Assembly (NCBI GenBank): GCA_046483385.1
Contig: JAWODG010000152.1
Coordinates: forward strand, 9,744-73,743
DNA from: Candidatus Brocadiia bacterium
GTDB lineage: Bacteria > Planctomycetota > Brocadiia > SM23-32
DNA length: 64,000 bases
Direction: 5' to 3'
Shown: positions 16,752 to 24,635 of the stretch, in pieces
How the letters are laid out: the number at the start of each line of letters is the position of its first letter
How positions within the stretch are numbered: the first letter of the stretch is position 1
Notes under the pieces: generated by a model
Databases searched by the model: none
The model's input: only the letters and a program-made list of their open reading frames with translations
What the model was told of the DNA's origin: nothing
Translations under genes and position numbers: made by a program

Positions 16752-18800
16752 ATGCACGAAGAAACGCTTGAAGACTGCTACTGCCGCTGGGACGAACAGA
16801 CGCTCGTCGTCGGAAACGACCTTATTGAAAGGGCTTATGACCTGTCCGAGGGTCTCATACGGCCAACAGCTCTGACGGACAAGGTGCGGGGCCGGGAATG
16901 GCTGCCGCCCGACTGTGACCGCGTCCTCTTCCGCCTGCCCGGCATGGAGGAAGAGCCCTTTGACGACCTTTCAGTCCGGGTGGACACGGACGACAACGGC
17001 GGGCTCTCGGCGGAGTTCCTGCGGGTCGCGCTCACGCTGACCTATCCCTCCTGCACCGTGACGACCACCCTGTCGATTCACCCTGGCGTGCCGGCCGCCT
17101 CGACCGCCCATCACCTGCGGGGGCGGCCCACCGAGCAGGAGACCGACGAACCCCCCGTCTGGGAGTTCCAGGGTAATCGCTCCATCGCCGGCGAGATGAA
17201 GAAGGCGCAGTGGCCGCGGCCCGACACGGTCGAGTCCCTGCCACTGCCGGGCAGCCACCTGCGCGCCCGCGCAGTGCAGCTTTTCGACGTCACGGACGTC
17301 TATAACTGGCTGGTGCGGGAGGAGGACGTCCTGCTCTACGGCCCCGGCTTCGAAAAGCTGCGGGGCAACCTGCTGTTCGTGGAGGACACCGTCGAGCCGG
17401 CGGGGCTCTTCCTCGTCAAGAACGCGCCGAACCCGGTCGGCCAGCTCAACTACCACGGCTACGACTTCCACACGGCCGGCCGGGACGTGCTGGAGGTGCG
17501 CGGCACGGGCCTGCGGCCGAATGAACTCGACCCGGACCGCGCCCTCCCCTGCTACGGCTGCACCGTGGGCATCTACGACCCCACCGCCGAACTCGGCGCC
17601 GAGCGCGCCCTGCGACGCTGGCACGACGCCGTGGACCACCGCGTGCCGGAGCGCGACACCTACATCCTGGCCAACACGTGGGGCAACCGCTCGCGCGACA
17701 CGAAGGTCTGCGCCGAGTTCATGAAGGCCGAGATGGACCGCGCGGCCGAGCTGGGCGTCGACGTCTGCCAGATAGACTACGGCTGGCAGCGGGGTTCGAC
17801 CACCGATCCAGCCGACGGCGTGGTGGACAAAAGCGACCGCTACCGGGACAAAAGGAGCGACTTCTGGCAGATCCGCAGCGACCGCTTCCCGGAGGAGTTC
17901 GAAGACGTTGCCGCGTACGGAAGGGAGTGCGGCGTCAAGCTGGGCGTCTGGTTCGCGCCGGACGACTGGAACCACTTCGCCGACTGGGAGCGCGACCGCC
18001 ACCGACTGGTGGAGCTGCACGAACAGTGCGGGGTCAGCCACTTCAAGCTGGACATCTTCGACATCGAGAGCAAGCTGGGAGAGGACCGGCTCGTGCGCAT
18101 GCTCGAAGGGATCATGTCCGGCACCGACGGCCGCGCCGCCCTGCAGATGGACCTGACCATGTGCCGACGGCTCGGGTTCTTCTACCACCCCGAGATCGGC
18201 GAGATATTCCTCGAGAACCGCTACACCGACTGGGGCAACTACTACCCCCACTACACGCTGCGCAACCTGTGGCAGCTCTCGCGCTTCGTGCCGTCGCGCC
18301 GCCTGCAGATGGAGTTTCTGGACCTGGACCGCAACCCCGACAACTACCCGGACGACCCGCTGGCCCCCCACCGCTACCCCCCCGATTACGCGTTCGCGAC
18401 GACCATGGTAGGACAGCCGCTGGCTTGGATGGAGCTGAGCGAGCTGGACGAGGAGGAAGTGGCGGCGCTCAAGCCCATCATCGCCGCATACAGCAGCGAG
18501 CGCGAACGGCTGTTCGATTGCGAGATATGGCCCATCGGCGAGGAGCCGTCCGGCACCTCGTGGACCGGCTTCCAGGCCCTGCACCCGGACGGCGGCGGCT
18601 ACCTGCTGCTCTTCCGGGAGATGAACGACAGGCCGGAGGCGGCCTTCACCCTGCACGACCTGCGTGACTGTTCGCTGGAACTGGAGGTCTGCCACGGGCC
18701 GGGCTTCGGGTCCGACGGACGGGTGGACGACGACGGCAGGCTCACCGTGCGGCTGGCCGAACCGCGCTCCTACGCCTTCGTCCGTTACGGGGCGCCGTGA
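16752..18800 (+). CDS. Alpha-galactosidase-like glycoside hydrolase (clan GH-D, GH36/GH27-like), no signal peptide
   Basis: 682 aa. It contains ILANTWGNRS, ELGVDVCQIDYGWQ, GVKLGVWFAPD and HFKLDIFD, which resemble the GH-D (alpha/beta)8 core and its nucleophile region. Confidence 0.55.
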   Translation: MHEETLEDCYCRWDEQTLVVGNDLIERAYDLSEGLIRPTALTDKVRGREWLPPDCDRVLFRLPGMEEEPFDDLSVRVDTDDNGGLSAEFLRVALTLTYPSCTVTTTLSIHPGVPAASTAHHLRGRPTEQETDEPPVWEFQGNRSIAGEMKKAQWPRPDTVESLPLPGSHLRARAVQLFDVTDVYNWLVREEDVLLYGPGFEKLRGNLLFVEDTVEPAGLFLVKNAPNPVGQLNYHGYDFHTAGRDVLEVRGTGLRPNELDPDRALPCYGCTVGIYDPTAELGAERALRRWHDAVDHRVPERDTYILANTWGNRSRDTKVCAEFMKAEMDRAAELGVDVCQIDYGWQRGSTTDPADGVVDKSDRYRDKRSDFWQIRSDRFPEEFEDVAAYGRECGVKLGVWFAPDDWNHFADWERDRHRLVELHEQCGVSHFKLDIFDIESKLGEDRLVRMLEGIMSGTDGRAALQMDLTMCRRLGFFYHPEIGEIFLENRYTDWGNYYPHYTLRNLWQLSRFVPSRRLQMEFLDLDRNPDNYPDDPLAPHRYPPDYAFATTMVGQPLAWMELSELDEEEVAALKPIIAAYSSERERLFDCEIWPIGEEPSGTSWTGFQALHPDGGGYLLLFREMNDRPEAAFTLHDLRDCSLELEVCHGPGFGSDGRVDDDGRLTVRLAEPRSYAFVRYGAP

Positions 18801-18839
18801 GCTTGGCGTCGGACAGAAAGGAATCGCCGGGACCCGAAT

Positions 18840-18895
18840 ATGGAGTGCGGCAGCCATGCTGCCGCTTTGTGTCTAGCGAAGCCATGCTTCGCCTT
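18840..18895. repeat. REP-like double-hairpin element in a convergent intergenic region
   Basis: There are two adjacent hairpins with CAT loops: GCGGCAGC-CAT-GCTGCCGC (18847-18865) and GCGAAGC-CAT-GCTTCGC (18876-18892). They lie between the 3' ends of the GH36-like and GT39 genes. Confidence 0.5.
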
Positions 18896-18983
18896 CAAGG
18901 AACTCTATGAGCAGGCACGGTCTGGACGGCTTTCGCCTTCTACCTGCGCCGCATTTGCTTTGGTCGCTGGCCGAGACAATGCG

Positions 18984-20714
18984 CTACGGCGTCTCCCCGG
19001 CCTGTCCGGTCATGCCGAGGGCGCGGCGGGCGACTTCGCTGTCGGGGTAGCGCTGCAGCAGGCGACGCGCCGTTTGCTGAGCCTCGCGTATGCGGCCCAG
19101 CTCCCACAGCGCCACCACGTAGTGTTCGAGAATGGTCTGGTTGGCGCCGGCGGCGCGCAGCGTCTTCTCCAGCCGCTCCAGTGCCTCCCCGGGGCGGTCC
19201 TCCCGCAGGTAAAGCAGCGCGGAGCGCTCGGTCAACCGCGCGATGCGCGGCCACAGGTCCGCAGCCTCGCCCAGCATCCGGGCCGCGTCCAGCGGTCGAT
19301 CGTGCTCCTCCAGCACCCGGGCATTGCTCAGGTACTCGTTCGGGCGTAGCGGACACGATATCTCCGGCTTGCCGATGGGCGGGCGGGGCCAGAAGAGAGC
19401 GGCGAGCACGGCCGCCGCCACCGCCGCTATCCCCAGCGCACGCCAGCGCTTACCCCTGGCCAGATGCACCACCGACGCCACCGCGCCGCCTCCGAAGACC
19501 GCCAGCCACCCGAGGAACGGCAGCTTGTAGCGCCCCACCACGAATACCACGATGATGGACGCCGCGAAGGCCGCCGCGAAGGCATACATGGGAAGGAGCC
19601 GACGCCAGTCGCGTGCGGTCAATCCCACCCCGAGGAACCCCAGCACGTAGAGAACCAACGGCCCCACGGTGAAGAAACGCACGCTGGCCACCTGCCGCCG
19701 GGCGAAGTGGTAGTTGCCGTTGTCCGGCACGTCCCACGCGTTGAAGAACAGCGCCGTCTTCCGCAGCATCGTCGGGACGATGGAGAGCGGCCGCTCGGCC
19801 AGCTCCGACTTCAGGCGGTCCATCCAGAACGGACCGTCACGGTACGAGTGTCGTATCTCGTCGAACCCCGGCGGATAGCTGAAGATGCCGGGTGCGCCGG
19901 GCACGTTGCCGATGTACAGCAGCACCGGGCCGTTGGTGGTCAGCGTCCATCGGTCGTGCATCAGGCCGTTGCGGACGACGAACGGACTCACCACGATGAC
20001 CGCCCCCAACACCACAAGCCCCGCCGCGGCCGCGGCCCGCCGGCGTATCCTCCGGAACAGCGTCAGTCCGACCACGACGGCCAGCGCGCCGGCCAACAGC
20101 AGGTTGCTGGTGCGCCCCACGGCGGCCACCCCGAAAAGCAGCCCCGGCAGCAGCCATCGCCACAGCGGCACCCTGTTCCCGTCCCGCGCCCGCAGCCACC
20201 ACTCCACCAGCAGCCACAGCCCGCCCAAACACAACGCGGTCAGCAGCGAGTCCACCAGCAGCAGCGACTCGTAGTATAGCTGTGGCCCGTTAAGCGCCAT
20301 CAGCAGTCCGGCCGCCAGACCGGCCCAGTGGCCGAAAAGCCTGCGCCCCAGACCGGCCGCGCAGACGGCAGCGGCCACGCCGAAAAACCCGTTCAGCACC
20401 ACTCCGGCCAGCACGTTCCCCGGCCCGCCCAGCAGATAGACGCCCGCCAGCAGGTAGGGGTAGAGCGGCGTGTAGTAGAAAACGCCTCGTTCCCGGCTAA
20501 GCACGTCCCCGCCCGCGATCTCCTGCGCCCACTCATTGTAGGTGTGCATGTCGAGCCCGGGCAGCGTCTCGGTATGCAGCGGCAGATCGTGCATGATGCC
20601 GGCGAAGCAGATCACCCGCACCGCCGCCGCGACGAGTGCCACAACCAGCAGCAGGCGCCACAGGGAAGGCTCCCGCTCGGTGCCCGCTTCCGGAGTGCCC
20701 TCGGCCTCAGACAT
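18984..20714 (-). CDS. GT-C fold glycosyltransferase (family 39/ArnT-like) with C-terminal TPR domain
   Basis: 576 aa. There are about 11 TM segments, and the first periplasmic loop resembles ArnT/PMT (LPGLDMHTYNEWAQEIAGGD..YYTPLYPYLL). The C-terminal ~110 aa are TPR-like (ARMLGEAADLWPRIARL..ALWELGRIREAQQTARRLLQRYP). Confidence 0.72.
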   Translation of the reverse strand: MSEAEGTPEAGTEREPSLWRLLLVVALVAAAVRVICFAGIMHDLPLHTETLPGLDMHTYNEWAQEIAGGDVLSRERGVFYYTPLYPYLLAGVYLLGGPGNVLAGVVLNGFFGVAAAVCAAGLGRRLFGHWAGLAAGLLMALNGPQLYYESLLLVDSLLTALCLGGLWLLVEWWLRARDGNRVPLWRWLLPGLLFGVAAVGRTSNLLLAGALAVVVGLTLFRRIRRRAAAAAGLVVLGAVIVVSPFVVRNGLMHDRWTLTTNGPVLLYIGNVPGAPGIFSYPPGFDEIRHSYRDGPFWMDRLKSELAERPLSIVPTMLRKTALFFNAWDVPDNGNYHFARRQVASVRFFTVGPLVLYVLGFLGVGLTARDWRRLLPMYAFAAAFAASIIVVFVVGRYKLPFLGWLAVFGGGAVASVVHLARGKRWRALGIAAVAAAVLAALFWPRPPIGKPEISCPLRPNEYLSNARVLEEHDRPLDAARMLGEAADLWPRIARLTERSALLYLREDRPGEALERLEKTLRAAGANQTILEHYVVALWELGRIREAQQTARRLLQRYPDSEVARRALGMTGQAGETP

Positions 20715-21582
20715 AGATGATCACCCCGACCACGATCGCCCAGAGCAGCACGTCCAGCAGCAGGGGCATGTCGGAGATGAGCACGTCCTCCGGCTGCCCG
20801 CCCGAGCCCCGCTGGTGAACCAGGTAGAGGTAGCGGAAGATGCCGTAGAGCACGAACGGGACGGTGAACACGAGGCTGCGGCCCCCCACCCGCGCCACCG
20901 TCGCGTCGGCCATGGTGTAGAGCGTGTAGGCCACCACGGTCGAGGCTGTGACGATGGAGATCATCTGGTCCAGCAGATGCGTGCTGTATTCGCCCAGCAC
21001 GGGCCGGTGCCCCTCGGCGCCCTCCACCAGCAGCGCCAGCTCGTGGCGCCGCTTGCAGAGGGCCAGAAAGAGTGCCAGAAGCGTGGTGCAGATGATGAGC
21101 CACGAGGAGAACTCCACACCGATGACCACCGCCCCTGCCACCGCGCGCAGCACGAAGGAGGCGGCGATGGCGAAGATATCGAGGATGACCACGTGCTTCA
21201 GCACAACCGAATAGCCAGCCTGCAGGGCCACATAGGTGAAGGCCACCCAGAAGAACGGGCGTCCGAGCCACCACGACAGGGCCAGAGACGCCACACCCAC
21301 GACCGCCGCCGCGACGCCCGCGGCCCGCACGGACAACTCACCCGCCGCGACCGGTCGGGACGATTTGGCCGGATGGCGGCGGTCCTGCTCGACGTCCAGA
21401 ATGTCGTTGAGGATGTAGCTCGCCCCGGACAGCCCGCAGAAGGCAACGAACGCCCCCGCGACGCGCGCCAGCAGGTCCGGCTCCAGGACGTTGCCGGAGA
21501 ACAGGATGGCGGCGAAGACGAACAGGTTCTTCGTCCACTGCCGGGGCCGCAGGCTTCTGAGGAGCGCAGTGAGGGTCGTCAT
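20707..21582 (-). CDS. UbiA-family decaprenyl-phosphate phosphoribosyltransferase-like enzyme (DPPR synthase)
   Basis: ORF 20707..21894 trimmed to the ATG at 21582. It contains LRSLRPRQWTKNLFVFAAILFSG and the Asp-rich motif NDILDVEQDRRHPAKSSRPVAAGELS, and is polytopic. The stop overlaps the GT39 start by 8 nt. Confidence 0.72.
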   Translation of the reverse strand: MTTLTALLRSLRPRQWTKNLFVFAAILFSGNVLEPDLLARVAGAFVAFCGLSGASYILNDILDVEQDRRHPAKSSRPVAAGELSVRAAGVAAAVVGVASLALSWWLGRPFFWVAFTYVALQAGYSVVLKHVVILDIFAIAASFVLRAVAGAVVIGVEFSSWLIICTTLLALFLALCKRRHELALLVEGAEGHRPVLGEYSTHLLDQMISIVTASTVVAYTLYTMADATVARVGGRSLVFTVPFVLYGIFRYLYLVHQRGSGGQPEDVLISDMPLLLDVLLWAIVVGVIIYV

Positions 21583-21689
21583 GCCGGTCCCACCGGGGAA
21601 TTGGGTCCCCCGAATCCTATCCCCTGAGGCCCGGCATATCAAGCAGGAGAGCCCGCGCCCGCGGCAACAAGGCATGGCGAACACCTGCA

Positions 21690-21925
21690 ACGGGGAGCAA
21701 CTGTAAGAGCACGAGCCTCCTTCGTCCCGCATGCGCGTGACTACGGAGCCCAAGGAGCGAGCACGAAAACGGCAAAGCCAGCCCGCCGGATGGCGGGCGA
21801 CAGGGGTTAGCCCCGGACGCAAGTCCGGGGGAAGCCGGCGTAGAAAGAAGAAACAGTCCGCCGCATGGCGGACGGCACAATCGGCGCACACCAAACGGCG
21901 AGCAAGGACACGAGGGGCCGAGGCC
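21690..21925. repeat. Mosaic REP-like element (hairpin modules) directly 3' of topA
   Basis: About 150 nt (21771-21923) align by eye with 40021-40170. The alignment includes AGCCCGCCG[G/C]ATGGCGGGCGACAGG, GCCCCGGACG..GTCCGGGGG and the exact 11-mer CGGCGAGCAAG. The 18-mer GTCCGGGGGAAGCCGGCG recurs at 29731-29748. Confidence 0.7.
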
Positions 21926-21930
21926 GCGCC

Positions 21931-24486
21931 CTACTCTTCGCTCTTCTTCTGCGGGGCCGGTTTGGTGAACTCGCACTCGGGGTAGCGGGTGCAGCCGTAG
22001 TAGGCTTCGCCGTCCTCGGAGACCTTCTTGATGAGCTTGCCGTCGCAGTCCTCCTCCGGGCAATCCTTCGGCTTGCCGGGGAGCTGCCACGTATTGCGGC
22101 AGCGGGGGAAACCGCTGCAGGACAGGAACCGCCCGTAGCGCCCCCAGCGCAACATCATCGGGCGGTCGCACTTCTCGCACCGCTCGACGGTCGGCTGGGC
22201 ATCGGGCAAGTCGCCCTTCGGCAGGGATGCCGTACCTTCGCATTCGGGATATTTCGTGCAGCCGAGGAACAATCCGCGCCGGCTGCGCTTCAGGGCCATC
22301 GGCGCGCCGCATTCCCCGCACGGCGGCAGAACGTCGTCGGGGATTTCGGTCTTCTCGAGGGCCTCCTGCACCGTCAGAAGCGGCAGGCGATTGCGACAGC
22401 GGGAGCAGACCAGCCGGTCGTTCTCCTCGTCGAGCTGCATGTTGCGGTCGCAGCGGGGACAGGCGAACCGGGTCGGCGTGCGCGGGGCCAGGTCAACCGG
22501 CTGCCCCTCGTCGTCGATGCCCTTGATGTTGCGACAGTCGGGGTAGGCCGAGCAGGCCAGGTACTCCCGCCCCCGGCGCCCTTTGCGTTTGACGAGCGGC
22601 GCGCCGCACTTGTCGCACTTGAACTCGGTCTCCTCGACCTCCTCCGGCTCCACGCTCTCGGTGTAGTCGCACTCCGGGAACTCGGGGCAGCCGAGGAACT
22701 TGCCGCCGTTCCTCTTGCTGAACCGCACCACCAGCTTCTCGCCGTGCTCCGGGCAGGTCCTGTCGCTGACCTTCTCCGACTCCGGGAGTTCCATCTCCTC
22801 TTCGGCGCGCTCGAGGTCCTTGCTGAACTGTTCGTAGAACTCCTCCAGCACGCTCCGCCACGGTCGCTTGCCCTCCTCCACCTCGTCGAGTTCTTCCTCC
22901 ATGTGGCTGGTGAAGTCGGGGTCCATCTCGCGGGGGAAGTATTCGACCAGCAGGTCCGTGACGACCTTGCCCAGCTCGCTCGGCACCAACGCCCGGCCGT
23001 CGCGGTTCACGTAGTGACGGCGCAACAGCGTAGCGATGGTGGGAGCATAGGTGCTGGGTCGGCCGATGCCCCGCCGCTCCAGCTCCCGCACCAGAGACGC
23101 CTCGGTAAACCGGGAGGGCGGCTGGGTGAAGTGCTGCGACGGGGTCAGTTCGCGCAGGTCAAGGTCCTCACCGGCCTCCAGTTCAGGAAGCATCTGGTCG
23201 TCGTCTTCTTTGTTCGGCCGCAGCACCCGCAGGTTGCCGTCGAAGACCATCTGCCGGCCCTTCGCCCGGAACAGACCGGGCCCGGCCGTGATCTCCGCCG
23301 TCCTGACCTTGTAGCGGGCCGGCTCCATCTGGCTGGCCACGAAGCGGCGCCATATCAGGTCGTAGAGCTTGAACTGGTCGCGGCTGAGGTATTGCTTAAT
23401 GTCCTCGGGCCGGCGCGAGACATCCGTGGGCCGGATGGCTTCGTGGGCCGCCTGGGCACCCTTGGGGCTTTTGAAGCGGTTCGGCTTCTTCGGCAGGTAG
23501 GCGTCCCCGTAGCCCGCCTTTATGTGCTCCCGGCAGGCGGCCAGGGCCTGCTTGGCCACGCGGGTCGAGTCGGTTCGCATGTAGGTTATGAGTCCGGTGG
23601 CCTCCTCGCCTATCTCGATGCCCTCGTAGAGGCCCTGCGCGACACGCATCGTGCGGTCCGCGCTGAAGCCGAGGCGCGAGTTGGCCGAGCGCTGCATGGT
23701 GCTGGTGATGAAGGGCGGATAGACGCGGGAATTGGTCATCGTCTCGCTGACGTCGGTCACGAGATAGTCCTGCTCCCCCAGCATCTCGACCACTTCCTCG
23801 GCGCGCTCCCTGGAGGGGATGCTGAGGTCCTCGTCGTTCAGCTTGACCAACTCGGCCTCGAAGGTGGTCTTGCCGTCGGCCCGTGCCAGCAGCGCGGCGA
23901 TCTCCCAGTATTCTTCCGGCTCGAACGCCTCGCGTTCGCGCTCTCTCTCCACGATCAGGCGCAGGGCCACGCTCTGGACCCTGCCGGCGCTCAGGCCCCT
24001 GACCAGCACTCCGCTGATGAGCGGGCTCAGCGCGTAGCCGACGATGCGGTCCAGTATGCGGCGGGCCTGCTGGGCGTCCACGAGGTTCAGGTCGATGTCG
24101 CGGGGATGCCGGAACGCCTCGCGGATGGCGTCGCGGGTGATCTCGTTGAAGGTGACGCGCTTGACCTGCTCCTCGGGCACCTCGAGGACGTGCTTCAGGT
24201 GCCACGCGATGGCCTCCCCTTCGCGGTCGGGATCGGGCGCCAGGAAGACCTCGTCAACGTTCTTCGCGGCCTTGCGGAGCTGCCCCACAACCTTCCGGCT
24301 GCCGGGCATAATCTGGTAGGTCGGCTCGAAGCCGTTCTCGACGTCCACCGCGTAACGGTCCTTCGGGTTCTTGGGCAGGTCGCGGATGTGCCCGCTGGAG
24401 GCCTTTACCTCGTAGCCCTTTCCCAGGTACCGGGCGATGGTGTTGGCCTTCGCGTTCGATTCAACTATAACTATTTTATCTGCCAT
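21931..24486 (-). CDS. topA: DNA topoisomerase I
   Basis: 851 aa. It has the Toprim N-terminus MADKIVIVESNAKANTIARYLG..SSGHIRDLP, the active-site region GLITYMRTDS, and multiple C-terminal C4 zinc-ribbon repeats (CPxCG..C..C). Confidence 0.95.
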   Translation of the reverse strand: MADKIVIVESNAKANTIARYLGKGYEVKASSGHIRDLPKNPKDRYAVDVENGFEPTYQIMPGSRKVVGQLRKAAKNVDEVFLAPDPDREGEAIAWHLKHVLEVPEEQVKRVTFNEITRDAIREAFRHPRDIDLNLVDAQQARRILDRIVGYALSPLISGVLVRGLSAGRVQSVALRLIVEREREREAFEPEEYWEIAALLARADGKTTFEAELVKLNDEDLSIPSRERAEEVVEMLGEQDYLVTDVSETMTNSRVYPPFITSTMQRSANSRLGFSADRTMRVAQGLYEGIEIGEEATGLITYMRTDSTRVAKQALAACREHIKAGYGDAYLPKKPNRFKSPKGAQAAHEAIRPTDVSRRPEDIKQYLSRDQFKLYDLIWRRFVASQMEPARYKVRTAEITAGPGLFRAKGRQMVFDGNLRVLRPNKEDDDQMLPELEAGEDLDLRELTPSQHFTQPPSRFTEASLVRELERRGIGRPSTYAPTIATLLRRHYVNRDGRALVPSELGKVVTDLLVEYFPREMDPDFTSHMEEELDEVEEGKRPWRSVLEEFYEQFSKDLERAEEEMELPESEKVSDRTCPEHGEKLVVRFSKRNGGKFLGCPEFPECDYTESVEPEEVEETEFKCDKCGAPLVKRKGRRGREYLACSAYPDCRNIKGIDDEGQPVDLAPRTPTRFACPRCDRNMQLDEENDRLVCSRCRNRLPLLTVQEALEKTEIPDDVLPPCGECGAPMALKRSRRGLFLGCTKYPECEGTASLPKGDLPDAQPTVERCEKCDRPMMLRWGRYGRFLSCSGFPRCRNTWQLPGKPKDCPEEDCDGKLIKKVSEDGEAYYGCTRYPECEFTKPAPQKKSEE

Positions 24487-24530
24487 GATGGGGTCGGTTA
24501 TACTCTGTTTTTCGGGTGGGGAAACGCCCG

Positions 24531-24560
24531 ATTGTAGAGGCAGCCCCTCCGCCCTGTCAA
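24531..24560 (-). promoter_or_regulatory. Sigma70-like promoter of topA
   Basis: The minus strand reads TTGACA-N18-TACAAT, about 45 nt upstream of the ATG at 24486. Confidence 0.55.
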
Positions 24561-24570
24561 CTCAGCCATT

Positions 24571-24600
24571 TTGACCGGCCTGCCTCCCGACGCGTACAAT
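24571..24600 (+). promoter_or_regulatory. Sigma70-like promoter of the deacetylase gene (back-to-back with the topA promoter)
   Basis: TTGACC-N18-TACAAT, about 35 nt upstream of the ATG at 24636, which has GGAGG 8 nt upstream. Confidence 0.5.
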
Positions 24601-24635
24601 GGCATCCTACCAGAGAATTCCCGGAGGCAAAACCC

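Noticed and set aside
21815-21840. AAGTCCGGGGGAAGCCGG resembling the RNase P RNA GAAAGUCCGGGC core
   Set aside because: The match is only a short partial one. The flanking sequence lacks the P4 and other conserved helices, and the same string recurs in other copies of the repeat family.
20707-21894. Long N-terminal extensions of several track ORFs (20707..21894, 24516.., 28094.., 35871.., 40183..42525, 43910.., 45079.., 47065.., 59622.., 60572.., 60898..)
   Set aside because: The extensions overlap upstream genes or REP DNA, are Arg/Pro-rich, and precede internal start codons with good RBS/overlap context that match the expected family N-termini. The starts were trimmed accordingly.
21731-21985. 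Track ORFs sharing the peptide AAWRATGVSPGR[KQ]SGG (also 39856..40104), which suggest a conserved small protein
   Set aside because: The similarity is at the nucleotide level and belongs to the REP-like hairpin element. The ORFs have different lengths and frames outside the repeat and lack RBS or start-codon context.
21865-24537. 890-aa plus-strand ORF. Similar long ORFs are 40231..42417 (+), 5014..6702 (-), 31282..32970 (-), 16971..18857 (-), 42649..44262 (-), 52298..54481 (+), 13019..14137 (-) and 13435..14778 (-).
   Set aside because: All are antisense to genes with unambiguous homology signatures (topA, helicase, sulfatase, oxidoreductase/FG-GAP, GH36-like, M48, GH15-like/SDR, DUF389/LemA). 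Their translations are low-complexity and Arg/Gly/Pro/His-rich.
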